From assembly GCA_965277715.1 (NCBI GenBank), contig OZ255836.1, positions 192,001 to 256,000 on the forward strand: a DNA stretch of 64,000 nt, in the 5' to 3' direction. Below are positions 29,212-39,905 of this stretch, piece after piece. A program made the translations under genes and the position numbers. Source of the DNA: Gammaproteobacteria bacterium (GTDB taxonomy: Bacteria; Pseudomonadota; Gammaproteobacteria; JBCCGL01). Positions within the stretch are counted from its first letter, which is position 1. Each line of letters opens with the position of its first letter. The notes under the pieces are model-generated. The model searched no databases and was not told where the DNA came from. It saw only the letters and a list, made by a program, of their open reading frames with translations.

Positions 29212-30204
29212 ATGGCGCAAATAAAAAAAGCCGGTTTGATCGGTGGGGGCGTGATCGGTGCGGCGTGGGCGGCGCGGATGATGATCAACGGTATCGATGT
29301 GAGCATCTGTGACCCAGACCCGGAGGCCGGGCGGAAAACCAGCGAGGTACTGCAAAATGCCCTGCGCGCCTATGGCAGATTGATACCGGTACCGCTGGAT
29401 AATATCGGCACTTTTTCGATTACCACCTCGGTTGAAACGGCCTGCGAAGGCGCTGAGTTTATTCAGGAGAGCCTGCCCGAGCGCATTGCCTTAAAACAAC
29501 AGGTACTCGCCAAAGCCAGCGCGGCGGCGGGGGCTGATATTGTTATTGGCTCCTCGACCTCCGGTTTATTGCCCACCGATATGCAGCGCGACTGCCCGCA
29601 CCCGGAGCGCATTGTGGTCGGTCACCCCTTCAACCCGGTGTACCTGATGCCGCTGGTGGAAATCTGTGGCGGTGAAAAAACCAGCGATGACACCAAACAA
29701 CGCGCCAGTGCGTTTTACCAGTCGATTGGTATGCACCCGCTGTTAGTGCGTAAGGAAGTGGATGCGTTTATCGCCGACCGCTTGATGGAGGCCCTGTGGC
29801 GTGAAGCCCTGCACATGATCAAGGATGGCGTTGCCACCACGGATGAAATCGACCAGGCGATGTGCTTTGGGCCGGGTTTGCGCTGGTCGTTTATGGGCAC
29901 TTTTCTGGTGTACCGGTTAGCGGGGGGGGAATCGGGCATGAAACATTTCCTCAATCAGTTTGGCCCCACACTGGAGCTGCCCTGGACCCACCTCAAAGCA
30001 CCCGAGTGGACGGATGAACTGGTCGATACCATTTGTGCGCAATCCGATCAACAGGCGGGTGATGTATCGATTCGCGATTACGAACGCCTGCGTGATGATT
30101 GTCTGGTGTCGGTGATGCAGGGCCTGGCACAGCACGACTATGCGGCGGGCGCGGTGTTAAAGCGCTACGATGCATCGCTGCGCGCACTGCACGGCAAGCC
30201 CTGA
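29212..30204 (+). CDS. cdhA: L-carnitine 3-dehydrogenase
   Basis: GGGVIGAAWAAR, SSTSGLLPT, GHPFNPVYLMPLVE, FIADRLMEALWRE, YRLAGGESGMKHF. Confidence 0.88.
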   Translation: MAQIKKAGLIGGGVIGAAWAARMMINGIDVSICDPDPEAGRKTSEVLQNALRAYGRLIPVPLDNIGTFSITTSVETACEGAEFIQESLPERIALKQQVLAKASAAAGADIVIGSSTSGLLPTDMQRDCPHPERIVVGHPFNPVYLMPLVEICGGEKTSDDTKQRASAFYQSIGMHPLLVRKEVDAFIADRLMEALWREALHMIKDGVATTDEIDQAMCFGPGLRWSFMGTFLVYRLAGGESGMKHFLNQFGPTLELPWTHLKAPEWTDELVDTICAQSDQQAGDVSIRDYERLRDDCLVSVMQGLAQHDYAAGAVLKRYDASLRALHGKP

Positions 30205-30206
30205 AC

Positions 30207-30980
30207 ATGCAGCGTGTCGTTATTACAGCCGGTGCCTCCGGTATCGGGCGGGCTATCGCCGAGGCGTTTTTACGTGTGGGCGCACAGGTGTATATCGGTG
30301 ATATTGACGCCGATGCGTTCGCCGCGATGCGCGCCGACAACCCAGCCGCCGCTGGCAGCGTTGTCGATGTTGCCGATGAGCAGGCGGTTGACCGCCTGTT
30401 TGCCGCAGCGCGTGCGCACTTTGCGGGCGCTGTTGATGTGCTGGTCAATTGTGCCGGTATCGGCGGCCCGGCGGCGTTTGTTGAAGACCTGAGCTATGAC
30501 GACTGGCGCCGCTGCCTGGCCGTCAATCTCGATGGCACCTTTCTCTGCACGCGGGCGGTATCGGCGGCAATGAAGGCGGCAGGCAGTGGGTCGATTATCA
30601 ATATTTCCTCCACGGCGGGCCTATACGGCTACCCATTGCGCGCTGCGTATGCATCGGCCAAGTGGGCGATTATCGGTTTTACCAAATCGATGGCGATGGA
30701 AATGGGGCCAAGTGGTGTGCGCGTCAATGCAATTTGCCCCGGCTCGGTAAATGGCACACGGATGGACGCGGTGATTGCCAATGAAGCCAGGGCCAAGGGG
30801 ATCGCCGAGTCGGTGATTCGTCAACGCTACACCAAAACCTGCTCATTGCGTACCTTTATCGATGCCGAAGACATTGCCGATATGGCGGTTTTTTTGGCAT
30901 CCTCTGCGGCGAAACGCATCACAGGACAGGCAATCAGCGTCGATGGGCATATCGAAGACCCCGGTGGCCTGGAAGCGTAG
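30207..30980 (+). CDS. SDR family oxidoreductase
   Basis: TAGASGIG, VNCAGI, YASAK, NAICPG. Confidence 0.9.
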   Translation: MQRVVITAGASGIGRAIAEAFLRVGAQVYIGDIDADAFAAMRADNPAAAGSVVDVADEQAVDRLFAAARAHFAGAVDVLVNCAGIGGPAAFVEDLSYDDWRRCLAVNLDGTFLCTRAVSAAMKAAGSGSIINISSTAGLYGYPLRAAYASAKWAIIGFTKSMAMEMGPSGVRVNAICPGSVNGTRMDAVIANEARAKGIAESVIRQRYTKTCSLRTFIDAEDIADMAVFLASSAAKRITGQAISVDGHIEDPGGLEA

Positions 30981-31028
30981 ACGACAAAATCAATTCCCTT
31001 ACCTCTATTATTATCTGTAGGAAACCGT

Positions 31029-32189
31029 ATGGATTTTTCTATTAGCGAAGAACAAACCCTGCTCATCGAATCGGCCAAACGTTTTGTTGAGGAAGAACTT
31101 TACCCCTACGAGGCGCAGGTTGAAAAAGATGACAAGGTGCCGCCGGAGCTGGTCGCGCAAATTACTGCACGCGCCATTGATGTCGGCCTATACGCCGCGA
31201 ATATGCCGGAAGCACTGGGTGGCGGCGGGCTGGATATGGTGACCATGTGTATGCTCGACCGCGAACTGGGGCGCGCCAATATGGCGCTGAATTATATCGT
31301 TGGGCGGCCCAGTAACATCCTACAGGCCTGTGTTGGTGAGCAGCGTGAAAAATACCTGTTTCCGTGTATTAACGGGGAGAAAGTCGACTGCCTGGCGATG
31401 ACCGAGCCGGGGGCGGGGTCTGATGTGCGCTCGATGGCGTGTAGTGCGGTGCGCGATGGCGATGATTTTGTGATCGATGGCAGCAAACACTTTATCAGCC
31501 ACGCCGACCTGGCCGATTTTGTCATCCTGTTCGCCGCTACGGGGGTCACGGAAAGCGCCCGGGGGCCACGTAAAAAAATCACCTCATTTCTGGTGGATAA
31601 AGGCACCCCCGGTTTTACCGTGCGCAAGGGCTACGACAATGTGTCACACCGGGGGTATCACAATTTTATTCTTGAATTTGATCGCTGTCGTTTACCTGCA
31701 TCGCAAGTACTGGGTGAAGTCGATCAGGGTTTTGAGGTCGCCAATGACTGGCTGGGTGCCACCCGATTACAGGTCGCCTCGCTCTGTCTGGGGCGTTGCG
31801 ACAGGGCACTGGAAGCCGCTGCTGAATACGCCGCGACCCGCAAACAGTTTGGCCAGACCATTGGTAAATTCCAGGGAGTAAGTTTTAAACTGGCCGATAT
31901 GGAAGTGCGCCGCCGCGCCGCCGGGCTACTGACCTACCAGGCCGCGTGGAAACACGACCAGGGGCAAATGACCGATATGGACGCCGCCATCGCCAAGCTC
32001 GAAGCCACTGAGGCGCTGGCGATGATCGCCGATGAAGCCCTGCAAATTCACGGCGGCATGGGGCTAATGAATGACTTACCCCTGGAGCGCATCTGGCGGG
32101 ATGCGCGTGTCGAACGTATCTGGGAAGGCACCAGTGAAGTGCAGCGTTTGATTATCTCACGCGCCATGCTGCGCCCGCTCGAAGTCTGA
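31029..32189 (+). CDS. Acyl-CoA dehydrogenase (probably gamma-butyrobetainyl-CoA)
   Basis: AMTEPGAGSD, RKQFGQTIGKFQ, QIHGGMG, IWEGTSEVQR; carnitine context. Confidence 0.88.
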   Translation: MDFSISEEQTLLIESAKRFVEEELYPYEAQVEKDDKVPPELVAQITARAIDVGLYAANMPEALGGGGLDMVTMCMLDRELGRANMALNYIVGRPSNILQACVGEQREKYLFPCINGEKVDCLAMTEPGAGSDVRSMACSAVRDGDDFVIDGSKHFISHADLADFVILFAATGVTESARGPRKKITSFLVDKGTPGFTVRKGYDNVSHRGYHNFILEFDRCRLPASQVLGEVDQGFEVANDWLGATRLQVASLCLGRCDRALEAAAEYAATRKQFGQTIGKFQGVSFKLADMEVRRRAAGLLTYQAAWKHDQGQMTDMDAAIAKLEATEALAMIADEALQIHGGMGLMNDLPLERIWRDARVERIWEGTSEVQRLIISRAMLRPLEV

Positions 32190-32201
32190 TTCCTGGCTTT
32201 C

Positions 32202-34253
32202 ATGTCACTCTATCAATTACTCAATCCCCGGCATATTGCCGTCGTTGGCGGTCGCTCGGCTGAAGAGGTGATCCGCCAGTGTGACAAACTGGGCTTTGCC
32301 GGTTCTGTCTATGCGGTCAATCCCCGCCGTGACACACTTGTAGGGCGCGACTGCTACGCCCGCCTGAGCGATTTGCCTGAGATGCCCGATGCCGTGTTTA
32401 TCGGTGCGCCTGCCGAGGCGACTATCGCGCTTGTCGAAGACGTTGTGCGGCTTGGTTGCCACGGTGCGGTGTGTCTGGCATCCGGGTTTAGCGAAATCGG
32501 CCAGCCGGGGGTTGAACGCCAGGCGGCGCTCGTCGCGGCGGCGGCGGGCACGCCGTTGATTGGCCCTAACTGCTACGGCGTCATTAATTACATGAATGGC
32601 GCGGCTCTGTGGCCGGATCAGCACGGCGGCGAGCGCGTTGAGCACGGCGTGGCCATTATTACCCAAAGTGGCAATATGGCCGTTAACTTCACCATGCAGC
32701 AACGCGGCATACCGTTGGCGATGCTGATTTGCCTCGGCAACCAGGCCAATGTGGGCATCCAGGATTGCGTGGCGGCTATGCTCGAAGACCCCCGCATCAC
32801 TGCGATTGGCCTACATATTGAAGGGCTGAACGACATCGCTGCATTTACCGCTGTAGCCGCGCAGGCACTGCGCCTGAAAAAACCGATTGTGGCGCTGAAA
32901 ACAGGTCGCTCGGCTGTTGGGGCCAGTATTGCGCAAAGCCATACCGCCTCACTGGTGGGAGCGGATAATCTGTTTGACGCACTGTTTCAGCGGCTGGGTA
33001 TCGCCCGTGTCGACAGCGTTGATGAATTTCTGGAAACACTCAAATTTCTCTCCTTTGCCGGGCCGATAAACAGCAACCACATCGCCTCAATGAGTTGTTC
33101 AGGTGGTGAGGCATCACTGATTGCCGATCTGGCGGAAAACAGCCGTCTTGTGTTTCCGGCTATTGGTGAGGCTCAACGACAGCAACTGCTTGCAGCGCTC
33201 GGCGAGCGGGTTAGCCTGTCTAACCCACTCGACTACCACACCTACGTCTGGGCTGACCAGGCGGCCATGTGCAAAGCGTTTACGGCGATGTTGCTCGGCG
33301 ATTACGCCGTGGCGTTTCTGGTTTATGACTTTCCGCGTGCCGACCGCTGCCGACAGGAGGATTGGTGGGCCGGTGTGCGCGCCTTTGCGCAAGCGGCGAA
33401 AACGGGCGACAGCGTTGCGGCGATACTGGCGACGATGAGTGAAACCATCGACGAGGCCACCGCCAAACAACTGATGGCTGAAGGAATAGTTCCGATGCTG
33501 GGAATGCAGCAGGCAATTGTTGCCCTGGAGAGTGCCCTGCAGATTGGTCGGGCGCAGCGGCAGCCCCCGTGCACACCGCAAATCGACCCCACATATCGCG
33601 CAGGTGGTGCACACAACCTCACTGAATGGCAGGCCACACAATTACTCCAGCAAGCGGGCCTGGGTGTCCCCCAAAATGCGCTGATAAGTACGGTCGATCA
33701 GGCGGTCACCGCAGCAACACACATTGGCTACCCGGTGGTAATGAAAATTGTTTCAAACGACGTTGTGCATAAGACCGATGCCGGTGGGGTAGTATTAGAC
33801 CTCGACAGTGCACAGGCGGTACGCGATGCAGCGACGCATCTACTCACCCTGTCCAGCCAGTTGATGGTAGCGCGGATGGTGCAGGCTGCCGTGGCCGAAA
33901 TGATCGTGGGCGTATCGCGTGACCCCTTGTTTGGCCCCTATATGATGATCGGGCTGGGTGGGATTAGCGTTGAACTGATTGCCGACCGCCGCATTTTATT
34001 ATTGCCGACCTCTGAGCAGGCAGTGCGTGAAGCGTTGTTAGGTCTCAGGTTGGCGCCCCTGCTACAGGGGTATCGTGGGCGACCAGTGGCCGATATCGAT
34101 GCACTAGTCGAGGCCGTATTGGCGATTGCCCGTTTTGTCGATCAACACAGCGAGGCGATTATGGATATGGAAGTGAACCCGCTGTTGGTCTGTCGACAGG
34201 GAGAGGGAGCCTGGGTGGCCGATGCTTTTATGAACATTATTGGTGAAATATAA
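32202..34253 (+). CDS. Acetate-CoA ligase (ADP-forming) family acyl-CoA synthetase
   Basis: IGPNCYG, TQSGN, SHTASL, SCSGG, NPLD, HKTDAGGV ATP-grasp. Confidence 0.88.
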   Translation: MSLYQLLNPRHIAVVGGRSAEEVIRQCDKLGFAGSVYAVNPRRDTLVGRDCYARLSDLPEMPDAVFIGAPAEATIALVEDVVRLGCHGAVCLASGFSEIGQPGVERQAALVAAAAGTPLIGPNCYGVINYMNGAALWPDQHGGERVEHGVAIITQSGNMAVNFTMQQRGIPLAMLICLGNQANVGIQDCVAAMLEDPRITAIGLHIEGLNDIAAFTAVAAQALRLKKPIVALKTGRSAVGASIAQSHTASLVGADNLFDALFQRLGIARVDSVDEFLETLKFLSFAGPINSNHIASMSCSGGEASLIADLAENSRLVFPAIGEAQRQQLLAALGERVSLSNPLDYHTYVWADQAAMCKAFTAMLLGDYAVAFLVYDFPRADRCRQEDWWAGVRAFAQAAKTGDSVAAILATMSETIDEATAKQLMAEGIVPMLGMQQAIVALESALQIGRAQRQPPCTPQIDPTYRAGGAHNLTEWQATQLLQQAGLGVPQNALISTVDQAVTAATHIGYPVVMKIVSNDVVHKTDAGGVVLDLDSAQAVRDAATHLLTLSSQLMVARMVQAAVAEMIVGVSRDPLFGPYMMIGLGGISVELIADRRILLLPTSEQAVREALLGLRLAPLLQGYRGRPVADIDALVEAVLAIARFVDQHSEAIMDMEVNPLLVCRQGEGAWVADAFMNIIGEI

Positions 34254-34265
34254 GGTTTAAAGACT

Positions 34266-35051
34266 ATGAGTGAATCAGCACTGCACGTTGAACGCAACGG
34301 GAATATCCTGGAAGTGACGCTGAACAGGCCCAAGGCAAACGCCATTGACGCGGCAACCAGCCGCCAGATGGGCGATGTTTTTGCCACATTTCGGGATGAC
34401 CCGGCATTGCGTTGTGCCATATTAACCGCCACAGGCGAGAAGTTTTTTTGCCCCGGCTGGGATCTAAAAGCCGCCGCTGAAGGCGAGGCGGCCAACTCGG
34501 ATTACGGGGTCGGTGGCTTCGGTGGTTTGCAGGAACTGCCCAATTTGAATAAACCCGTGATTGCCGCCGTCAACGGCCTTGCCTTTGGTGGCGGTTTCGA
34601 GTTAATGATATCCGCCGATATTATTATCGCCGCAGAACACGCCACCTTTGCGTTGCCTGAAATCAATTCCGGGGTGATTGCCGATGCCGCTACCCTGAAA
34701 CTCCCCAAACGTATTCCCTACCATATTGCGCTGGATATGCTCTTTACGGGCCGGGTGCTCGATGCAGAAGAGGGTGCCCGCTGGGGGTTTATCAATGAGA
34801 TCGTACCGGCGGATCAACTCATGGTGCGCGCCAGAGAAAAAGCGCGGCTATTGGCCGCTGGCCCACCGCTGGTATTTGCAGCGATCAAGGAAGTGCTGCG
34901 CGAGAGTGAAAACCTGACGTTTCACGATGCACTGGCGAAGATGAACCGCGAGGAATTCCCTACCATTGCCACACTTTACCATTCACAAGACCAGCTTGAA
35001 GGGGCGCGTGCATTTGCTGAAAAGCGCGCACCGGTTTGGAAGGGATGTTAA
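34266..35051 (+). CDS. caiD: Carnitinyl-CoA dehydratase
   Basis: RPKANAIDA, GWDLKAAAEGEA, KPVIAAVNGLAFGGGFE, EKRAPVWKG. Confidence 0.88.
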   Translation: MSESALHVERNGNILEVTLNRPKANAIDAATSRQMGDVFATFRDDPALRCAILTATGEKFFCPGWDLKAAAEGEAANSDYGVGGFGGLQELPNLNKPVIAAVNGLAFGGGFELMISADIIIAAEHATFALPEINSGVIADAATLKLPKRIPYHIALDMLFTGRVLDAEEGARWGFINEIVPADQLMVRAREKARLLAAGPPLVFAAIKEVLRESENLTFHDALAKMNREEFPTIATLYHSQDQLEGARAFAEKRAPVWKGC

Positions 35052-35088
35052 GTTTAACCCGCCTGTTCATATCGTTGAGTCTATTGTC

Positions 35089-35940
35089 TTGAGCCCAATA
35101 CAACACAAAAAAGGTCGTTTATTCAGAGACCTGCACACTGCCGAAGGTATTTTTGTGATGCCCAATGCATGGAATGCGGGCAGCGCTTGTATGTTGGAGG
35201 CCGCCGGTTTTCAGGCGATTGGCACCACCAGCGCGGGCATTGCCTTCTGTGCCGGGCTGCCGGACTATGAAGGTGCGTTGACGCTGGACGCTGCACTGGC
35301 GGAAACGCACCGCATCGCGCAGGCGGTGAATATACCCGTGAGTGCCGATGCCGAAAACGGTTATGGACATGAACCGGAGGCGGTGAGTGATACCATCCGC
35401 CTTATTGCCGACAGCGGTGCAGTAGGGGCCAGCATCGAGGATTTTGCCGCCAGCTACGGCAGTGGCCTATACCCCCGCGATCACGCTGTAGCACGTATTG
35501 CTGCGGCGAAGGCAGCGGCGGATGGGCTCGAATGCCCGTTTACCTTAACAGCCAGGGCGGAGTGCTACCTGATTGATCACCCCGACCCCTTTGCCGAGTC
35601 AGTGATACGCGCCAATGCCTACCGGGAAGCGGGTGCCGATTGTCTGTATGTACCCGGTGTGAAAGATGCCGATACCATTGCGGCTTTGGTCAGGGAAATT
35701 GACGGGCCGATTAACGTGGTTATGGGGTTGGCGGGGGCGCCTATTAGTGTTGCCCAGCTCGAAGATCTGGGGGTGAAACGGGTGAGTATTGGGGGTTCTT
35801 TGGCGAGGGCCACGTTTGGCGTTATTCAGCGGGCGGCTGAAGAGCTGCAACAGCATGGTACGTTTGGGTTTGCTGAGCAGCAGGTGCCTGATAGTGTGCT
35901 TTGTGCGTTTTTTTCGGGTCGTTCTTCGGCGACGACTTAA
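35089..35940 (+). CDS. Isocitrate lyase/PEP mutase family protein (start uncertain)
   Basis: MPNAWNAGSA, TTSAGIA, DAENGYG, AYREAGADCLYVPG. Confidence 0.85.
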   Translation: MSPIQHKKGRLFRDLHTAEGIFVMPNAWNAGSACMLEAAGFQAIGTTSAGIAFCAGLPDYEGALTLDAALAETHRIAQAVNIPVSADAENGYGHEPEAVSDTIRLIADSGAVGASIEDFAASYGSGLYPRDHAVARIAAAKAAADGLECPFTLTARAECYLIDHPDPFAESVIRANAYREAGADCLYVPGVKDADTIAALVREIDGPINVVMGLAGAPISVAQLEDLGVKRVSIGGSLARATFGVIQRAAEELQQHGTFGFAEQQVPDSVLCAFFSGRSSATT

Positions 35941-36156
35941 ACGCTATGCCCAATCCGAACACCTCGTCATTGGCGCTAACCGACTGTTTGGGGTAGTTAG
36001 CTGACGCTTTTAACACCAATTCATGCTCATCACCACCAGGCAACTTTTCACCAAGTGGAGTGAACGCTCTCCCAGCGTTTTTACTCCTCTCCTCGTTACG
36101 ATACCTTGGTACTTATCTGCCCGTATCAATGTTACTGCTCGAAGGATAAAGGGGCT

Positions 36157-36582
36157 TTATACTTTACTGCTGAGGTCTGCCAGTTTTATCAATGCCTGGC
36201 GCAGGCGCTGGTTTTCAATGGATGAGGCGGTCGATCGGATGATCTTTTGGGTGTGCGCTGATAACGGGAGGGCGGTGGTGCGCGGTTTGGTTGCAGGTTT
36301 TGCCACGCTGTGTGCTGGGTGGGTGGTGACTTTGATGGTGCGGAATTGGGTTAATCCGTTGTTGTGTAAAACGGTGAGAATGGCATCTGTGTAAAAGCGC
36401 AGGCGGCTGCTGTGTGCCGCGCTGTCAGTGGCTAGGTTAAGGGTTGACTCACTGCTACTGATGTATTCAATATGTGCTGTAAAATCAATGGGTAAACACT
36501 CTCCCACTAGGGACATGATGCGTGTGCCAGCGGATATATTCGCGTAAATAGTGGGGGCGATCAGTGTGTTTAACTTTTTCAT
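36157..36582 (-). CDS. DciA/DUF721-like protein
   Basis: TDSAAHSSRLRF and LRQALIKLA patterns; divergent from an M23 peptidase, as in the lpxC-secA interval. Confidence 0.6.
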   Translation of the reverse strand: MKKLNTLIAPTIYANISAGTRIMSLVGECLPIDFTAHIEYISSSESTLNLATDSAAHSSRLRFYTDAILTVLHNNGLTQFRTIKVTTHPAHSVAKPATKPRTTALPLSAHTQKIIRSTASSIENQRLRQALIKLADLSSKV

Positions 36583-36686
36583 TGTATTTCTATTTTTACT
36601 TAAGTTGCTGGTTTATAAGTAGGCTGTTAAACGGCACTTATTTGATTTATTATGGCCGGTCTTGTGCATAGCTTTTACTCACTGTG

Positions 36687-37625
36687 ATGAATATTATTTT
36701 GCTAACTGAACGCCGGGGAACGCCGGTGACCCATCAACTTAACACCAGGTTTCAGTTTACTGTGTTATTGATGGCCTTTGCCAGTGTTTGCGTTGGTTTG
36801 TGTTATTTGGGGTATTGGTTTGGCGTTGATCGTGGCCAGGCGCAGGCAGCGCAACAGCAGGCGCCTGCCTATGTATACAATTGGCATGGAGAGCTGGATA
36901 CACAACAATATTCACCGAGCATAGAACAGCAGGCACAGGCGGATATCGATGCGCTAACGCGCCGTTTGGGGCTGATGCAGGGGCATATCACGCGGTTGGA
37001 CGCTCTGGGCCAAAAACTGGTGGACATGGCTGGTCTGGATAGTGATGAATTCAATTTTGACGCTGTTCCGGCACTCGGCGGCCCCGATGCACAGGATAAC
37101 TACCAATCACTTAATATTCCCGAGCTGACCAAGGCAATATCCCGGCTTGTCGAACAAATCGAAGACCGCGAGCAACAGCTCACTGTGCTGGAACAGTTGG
37201 TGATGAACCGCAATCTGGCCGCTGAAGTACTGCCCTCGGGGCGACCTGTGACAAAGGGTTTTATCTCCTCCGGGTATGGCAGCCGTATAAGCTCGTTTAC
37301 GGGTAAACAACAATTTCACAAGGGAGTGGATTTTGCCGGCAAGGTGAACAGTGAAATCATCGTTGTCGCCGGTGGGGTTGTCACTTATTCAGGACGGCAA
37401 AGTGGTTACGGCTATGTGTTGGAAGTCAGCCATGGAGATGGTTATTCAACACGCTATGCGCACAATGCCAAAAACCTTGTGGGAGTGGGTGATGCGGTTA
37501 AAAAAGGACAGGTGATTGCGTTAATGGGATCGACAGGGCGCTCTACCGGGCCGCATGTACATTTTGAGGTACTTAAAAACGGCACGCAGATTAATCCCGG
37601 CAAGTATATCGTCAAGTCAAATTAA
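36687..37625 (+). CDS. M23 family metallopeptidase with N-terminal TM and coiled coil
   Basis: HKGVDFA, TRYAH, GSTGRSTGPHVHFEV. Confidence 0.92.
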   Translation: MNIILLTERRGTPVTHQLNTRFQFTVLLMAFASVCVGLCYLGYWFGVDRGQAQAAQQQAPAYVYNWHGELDTQQYSPSIEQQAQADIDALTRRLGLMQGHITRLDALGQKLVDMAGLDSDEFNFDAVPALGGPDAQDNYQSLNIPELTKAISRLVEQIEDREQQLTVLEQLVMNRNLAAEVLPSGRPVTKGFISSGYGSRISSFTGKQQFHKGVDFAGKVNSEIIVVAGGVVTYSGRQSGYGYVLEVSHGDGYSTRYAHNAKNLVGVGDAVKKGQVIALMGSTGRSTGPHVHFEVLKNGTQINPGKYIVKSN

Positions 37626-37660
37626 CCCATCTATTCCAACACTCTATAGATAAGCTGTAA

Positions 37661-39595
37661 TTACCGTACCGCCCGGTTTTCGATTAGATTGTCAACCACC
37701 GATGGATCGGCCAGGGTCGAGGTATCACCCAGGTTTTCAAGTTCATTTTCTGCCACTTTGCGCAGAATGCGCCGCATGATTTTCCCCGACCGCGTTTTTG
37801 GTAACCCTGGCGCCCACTGGATAATATCCGGTGAGGCGATTGGCCCAATCTCTTTGCGCACGTGCTGTACCAGTGCGGTGCGCAATGCATCGCTACTGTC
37901 GATTCCTTTCATCAATGTGACATAGGCGTAGATGCCCTGGCCTTTGATCTCGTGGGGAAAACCGACGACTGCCGCCTCTGCCACTGCCTCGTGCAGTACT
38001 AAGGCACTCTCCACTTCGGCTGTGCCCATACGGTGCCCGGAAACATTGATCACATCGTCAACACGGCCTGTAATCCACCAGTAGCCGTCTTCGTCGCGGC
38101 GCGCACCGTCGCCGGTAAAGTAGTTGCCGGGGTACATTTGAAAATAGGTGTCGTAGAAGCGCTGTGGGTCACCGTAGACGCCGCGCATTTGCCCCGGCCA
38201 CGAGCGGGTTATTATCAGGTTACCGGATGTGGCCCCCGGCAATTGCTCGCCCTGCTCATCGACAAGCGCGGGGACGATGCCAAAAAATGGCCGTGTGGCC
38301 GAGCCTGGCTTGGTGGCTGTCGCGCCCGGTAGAGGGGTGATAAGGATGCCGCCGGTTTCGGTTTGCCACCAGGTATCGACAATTGGGCAGCGCGCATCAC
38401 CGACGACCTTGTGATACCAGGCCCAGGCTTCAGGGTTTATCGGTTCGCCGACCGAACCGAGCAGGCGCAGGCTGCTGCGGCTGGTGGCTGTGACGGGCTC
38501 ATCCCCCTGGCTCATCAGAGCGCGAATCGCGGTGGGCGCGGTGTAGAAGATGTTTACCTGGTGTTTGTCGATGACTTGCCAAAAGCGGCCGGCATCCGGG
38601 TAGGTGGGGATACCCTCAAACATCAAGGTGGTAGCACCATTGGCGAGTGGACCGTAGACGATGTAGGAATGGCCCGTCACCCAGCCGACATCGGCGGTAC
38701 ACCAGTAAATATCCCCATCGTGGTAGTCGAATACGTATTTGTGTGTCATGGCGGCGTACAGAATGTACCCCCCGCTGGTGTGCAGCACGCCCTTGGGTTT
38801 ACCCGTAGAACCTGATGTGTACAAAATAAACAGCGGGTCCTCGGCGCTCATTGCCTCGGCGGGACAGTCATCAGAGGCGGCATTAACCGCCTGGTGGTAC
38901 CAGACATCCCGGCCCTCTTGCCAGGTGACGGGTTCGCCGCCGCGCCTGACGACGATCATGTGTTGAATCGATGGAGTGTCTTCGCAGGCGGTATCGGCGT
39001 TGTCTTTGAGTGGCACCGCTTTACCGCCGCGAATGCTTTGGTCGGCGGTAATTAGGATGGAGCAGGCGGAGTCATTAATTCTGTCGCGCAATGCCTCGGC
39101 GGAAAAGCCGCCAAATACAACGGAGTGGATGGCACCGATGCGGGTGCAGGCGAGCATTGCCACGGCGGCCTCCGGCACCATGGGCATGTACAGGCAGATG
39201 CGGTCGCCCTTTTTGGCACCGTGTGCTTTTAGTACGTTGGCGAACCGACAGACTTCGGCGTGCAGCTCGCGGTAGGTGATTTTTTTGTCTTCGCCGGGGT
39301 TGTCGCCTTCCCAGATAATTGCAATCTGGTCACCACGCGTTTGCAGGTGGCGATCAAGGCAGTTGTAGGAGACGTTGAGGGTGGCGCCTTCAAACCAGCG
39401 GATGTGGGCTTTGTGGTAGTCGACATCCTGCACTTTGTCCCAGGGGGTGAACCAGTCGATAAATTTCTCTGCCTGTTCTGCCCAAAATGTATCCGGTTCG
39501 TCGATTGACTGCTGGTACATTGCCTGGTACTGCGCATCGGTAAGGTGTGTGCGGCTGGCGGCAGCTTCGCTGACCGGGTAGATTTTGTCAGACAT
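37661..39595 (-). CDS. acs: Acetyl-CoA synthetase
   Basis: [32 protein letters not shown]. Confidence 0.97.
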   Translation of the reverse strand: MSDKIYPVSEAAASRTHLTDAQYQAMYQQSIDEPDTFWAEQAEKFIDWFTPWDKVQDVDYHKAHIRWFEGATLNVSYNCLDRHLQTRGDQIAIIWEGDNPGEDKKITYRELHAEVCRFANVLKAHGAKKGDRICLYMPMVPEAAVAMLACTRIGAIHSVVFGGFSAEALRDRINDSACSILITADQSIRGGKAVPLKDNADTACEDTPSIQHMIVVRRGGEPVTWQEGRDVWYHQAVNAASDDCPAEAMSAEDPLFILYTSGSTGKPKGVLHTSGGYILYAAMTHKYVFDYHDGDIYWCTADVGWVTGHSYIVYGPLANGATTLMFEGIPTYPDAGRFWQVIDKHQVNIFYTAPTAIRALMSQGDEPVTATSRSSLRLLGSVGEPINPEAWAWYHKVVGDARCPIVDTWWQTETGGILITPLPGATATKPGSATRPFFGIVPALVDEQGEQLPGATSGNLIITRSWPGQMRGVYGDPQRFYDTYFQMYPGNYFTGDGARRDEDGYWWITGRVDDVINVSGHRMGTAEVESALVLHEAVAEAAVVGFPHEIKGQGIYAYVTLMKGIDSSDALRTALVQHVRKEIGPIASPDIIQWAPGLPKTRSGKIMRRILRKVAENELENLGDTSTLADPSVVDNLIENRAVR

Positions 39596-39905
39596 TGTGT
39601 TCCCCTTTGGTGTTGTCATTTTCGGTGTTTTGATTTTGCTAACCGTATAATGAAACTGCTTGTGTTTTCAAGCCGACATTGGTCGATAGTGAGGAGGGAG
39701 GGTGAGGGTGCTTATGCCTGTTTACTTCGTGTACTGTCGATTTTGAGTTGACAGGCTATTCGTTTTAATAAGTTAGCTTCGTTGGAAAAGTGCTGGTAAC
39801 AAGGTAGGTACGCAATAGAGGCGTCAGAAATACACTTCGTGTTTTGCTGTAAAGCAGATACGCTAACTGATTTAGGATAATGCCAATGCGGTATATGATT
39901 TATTT

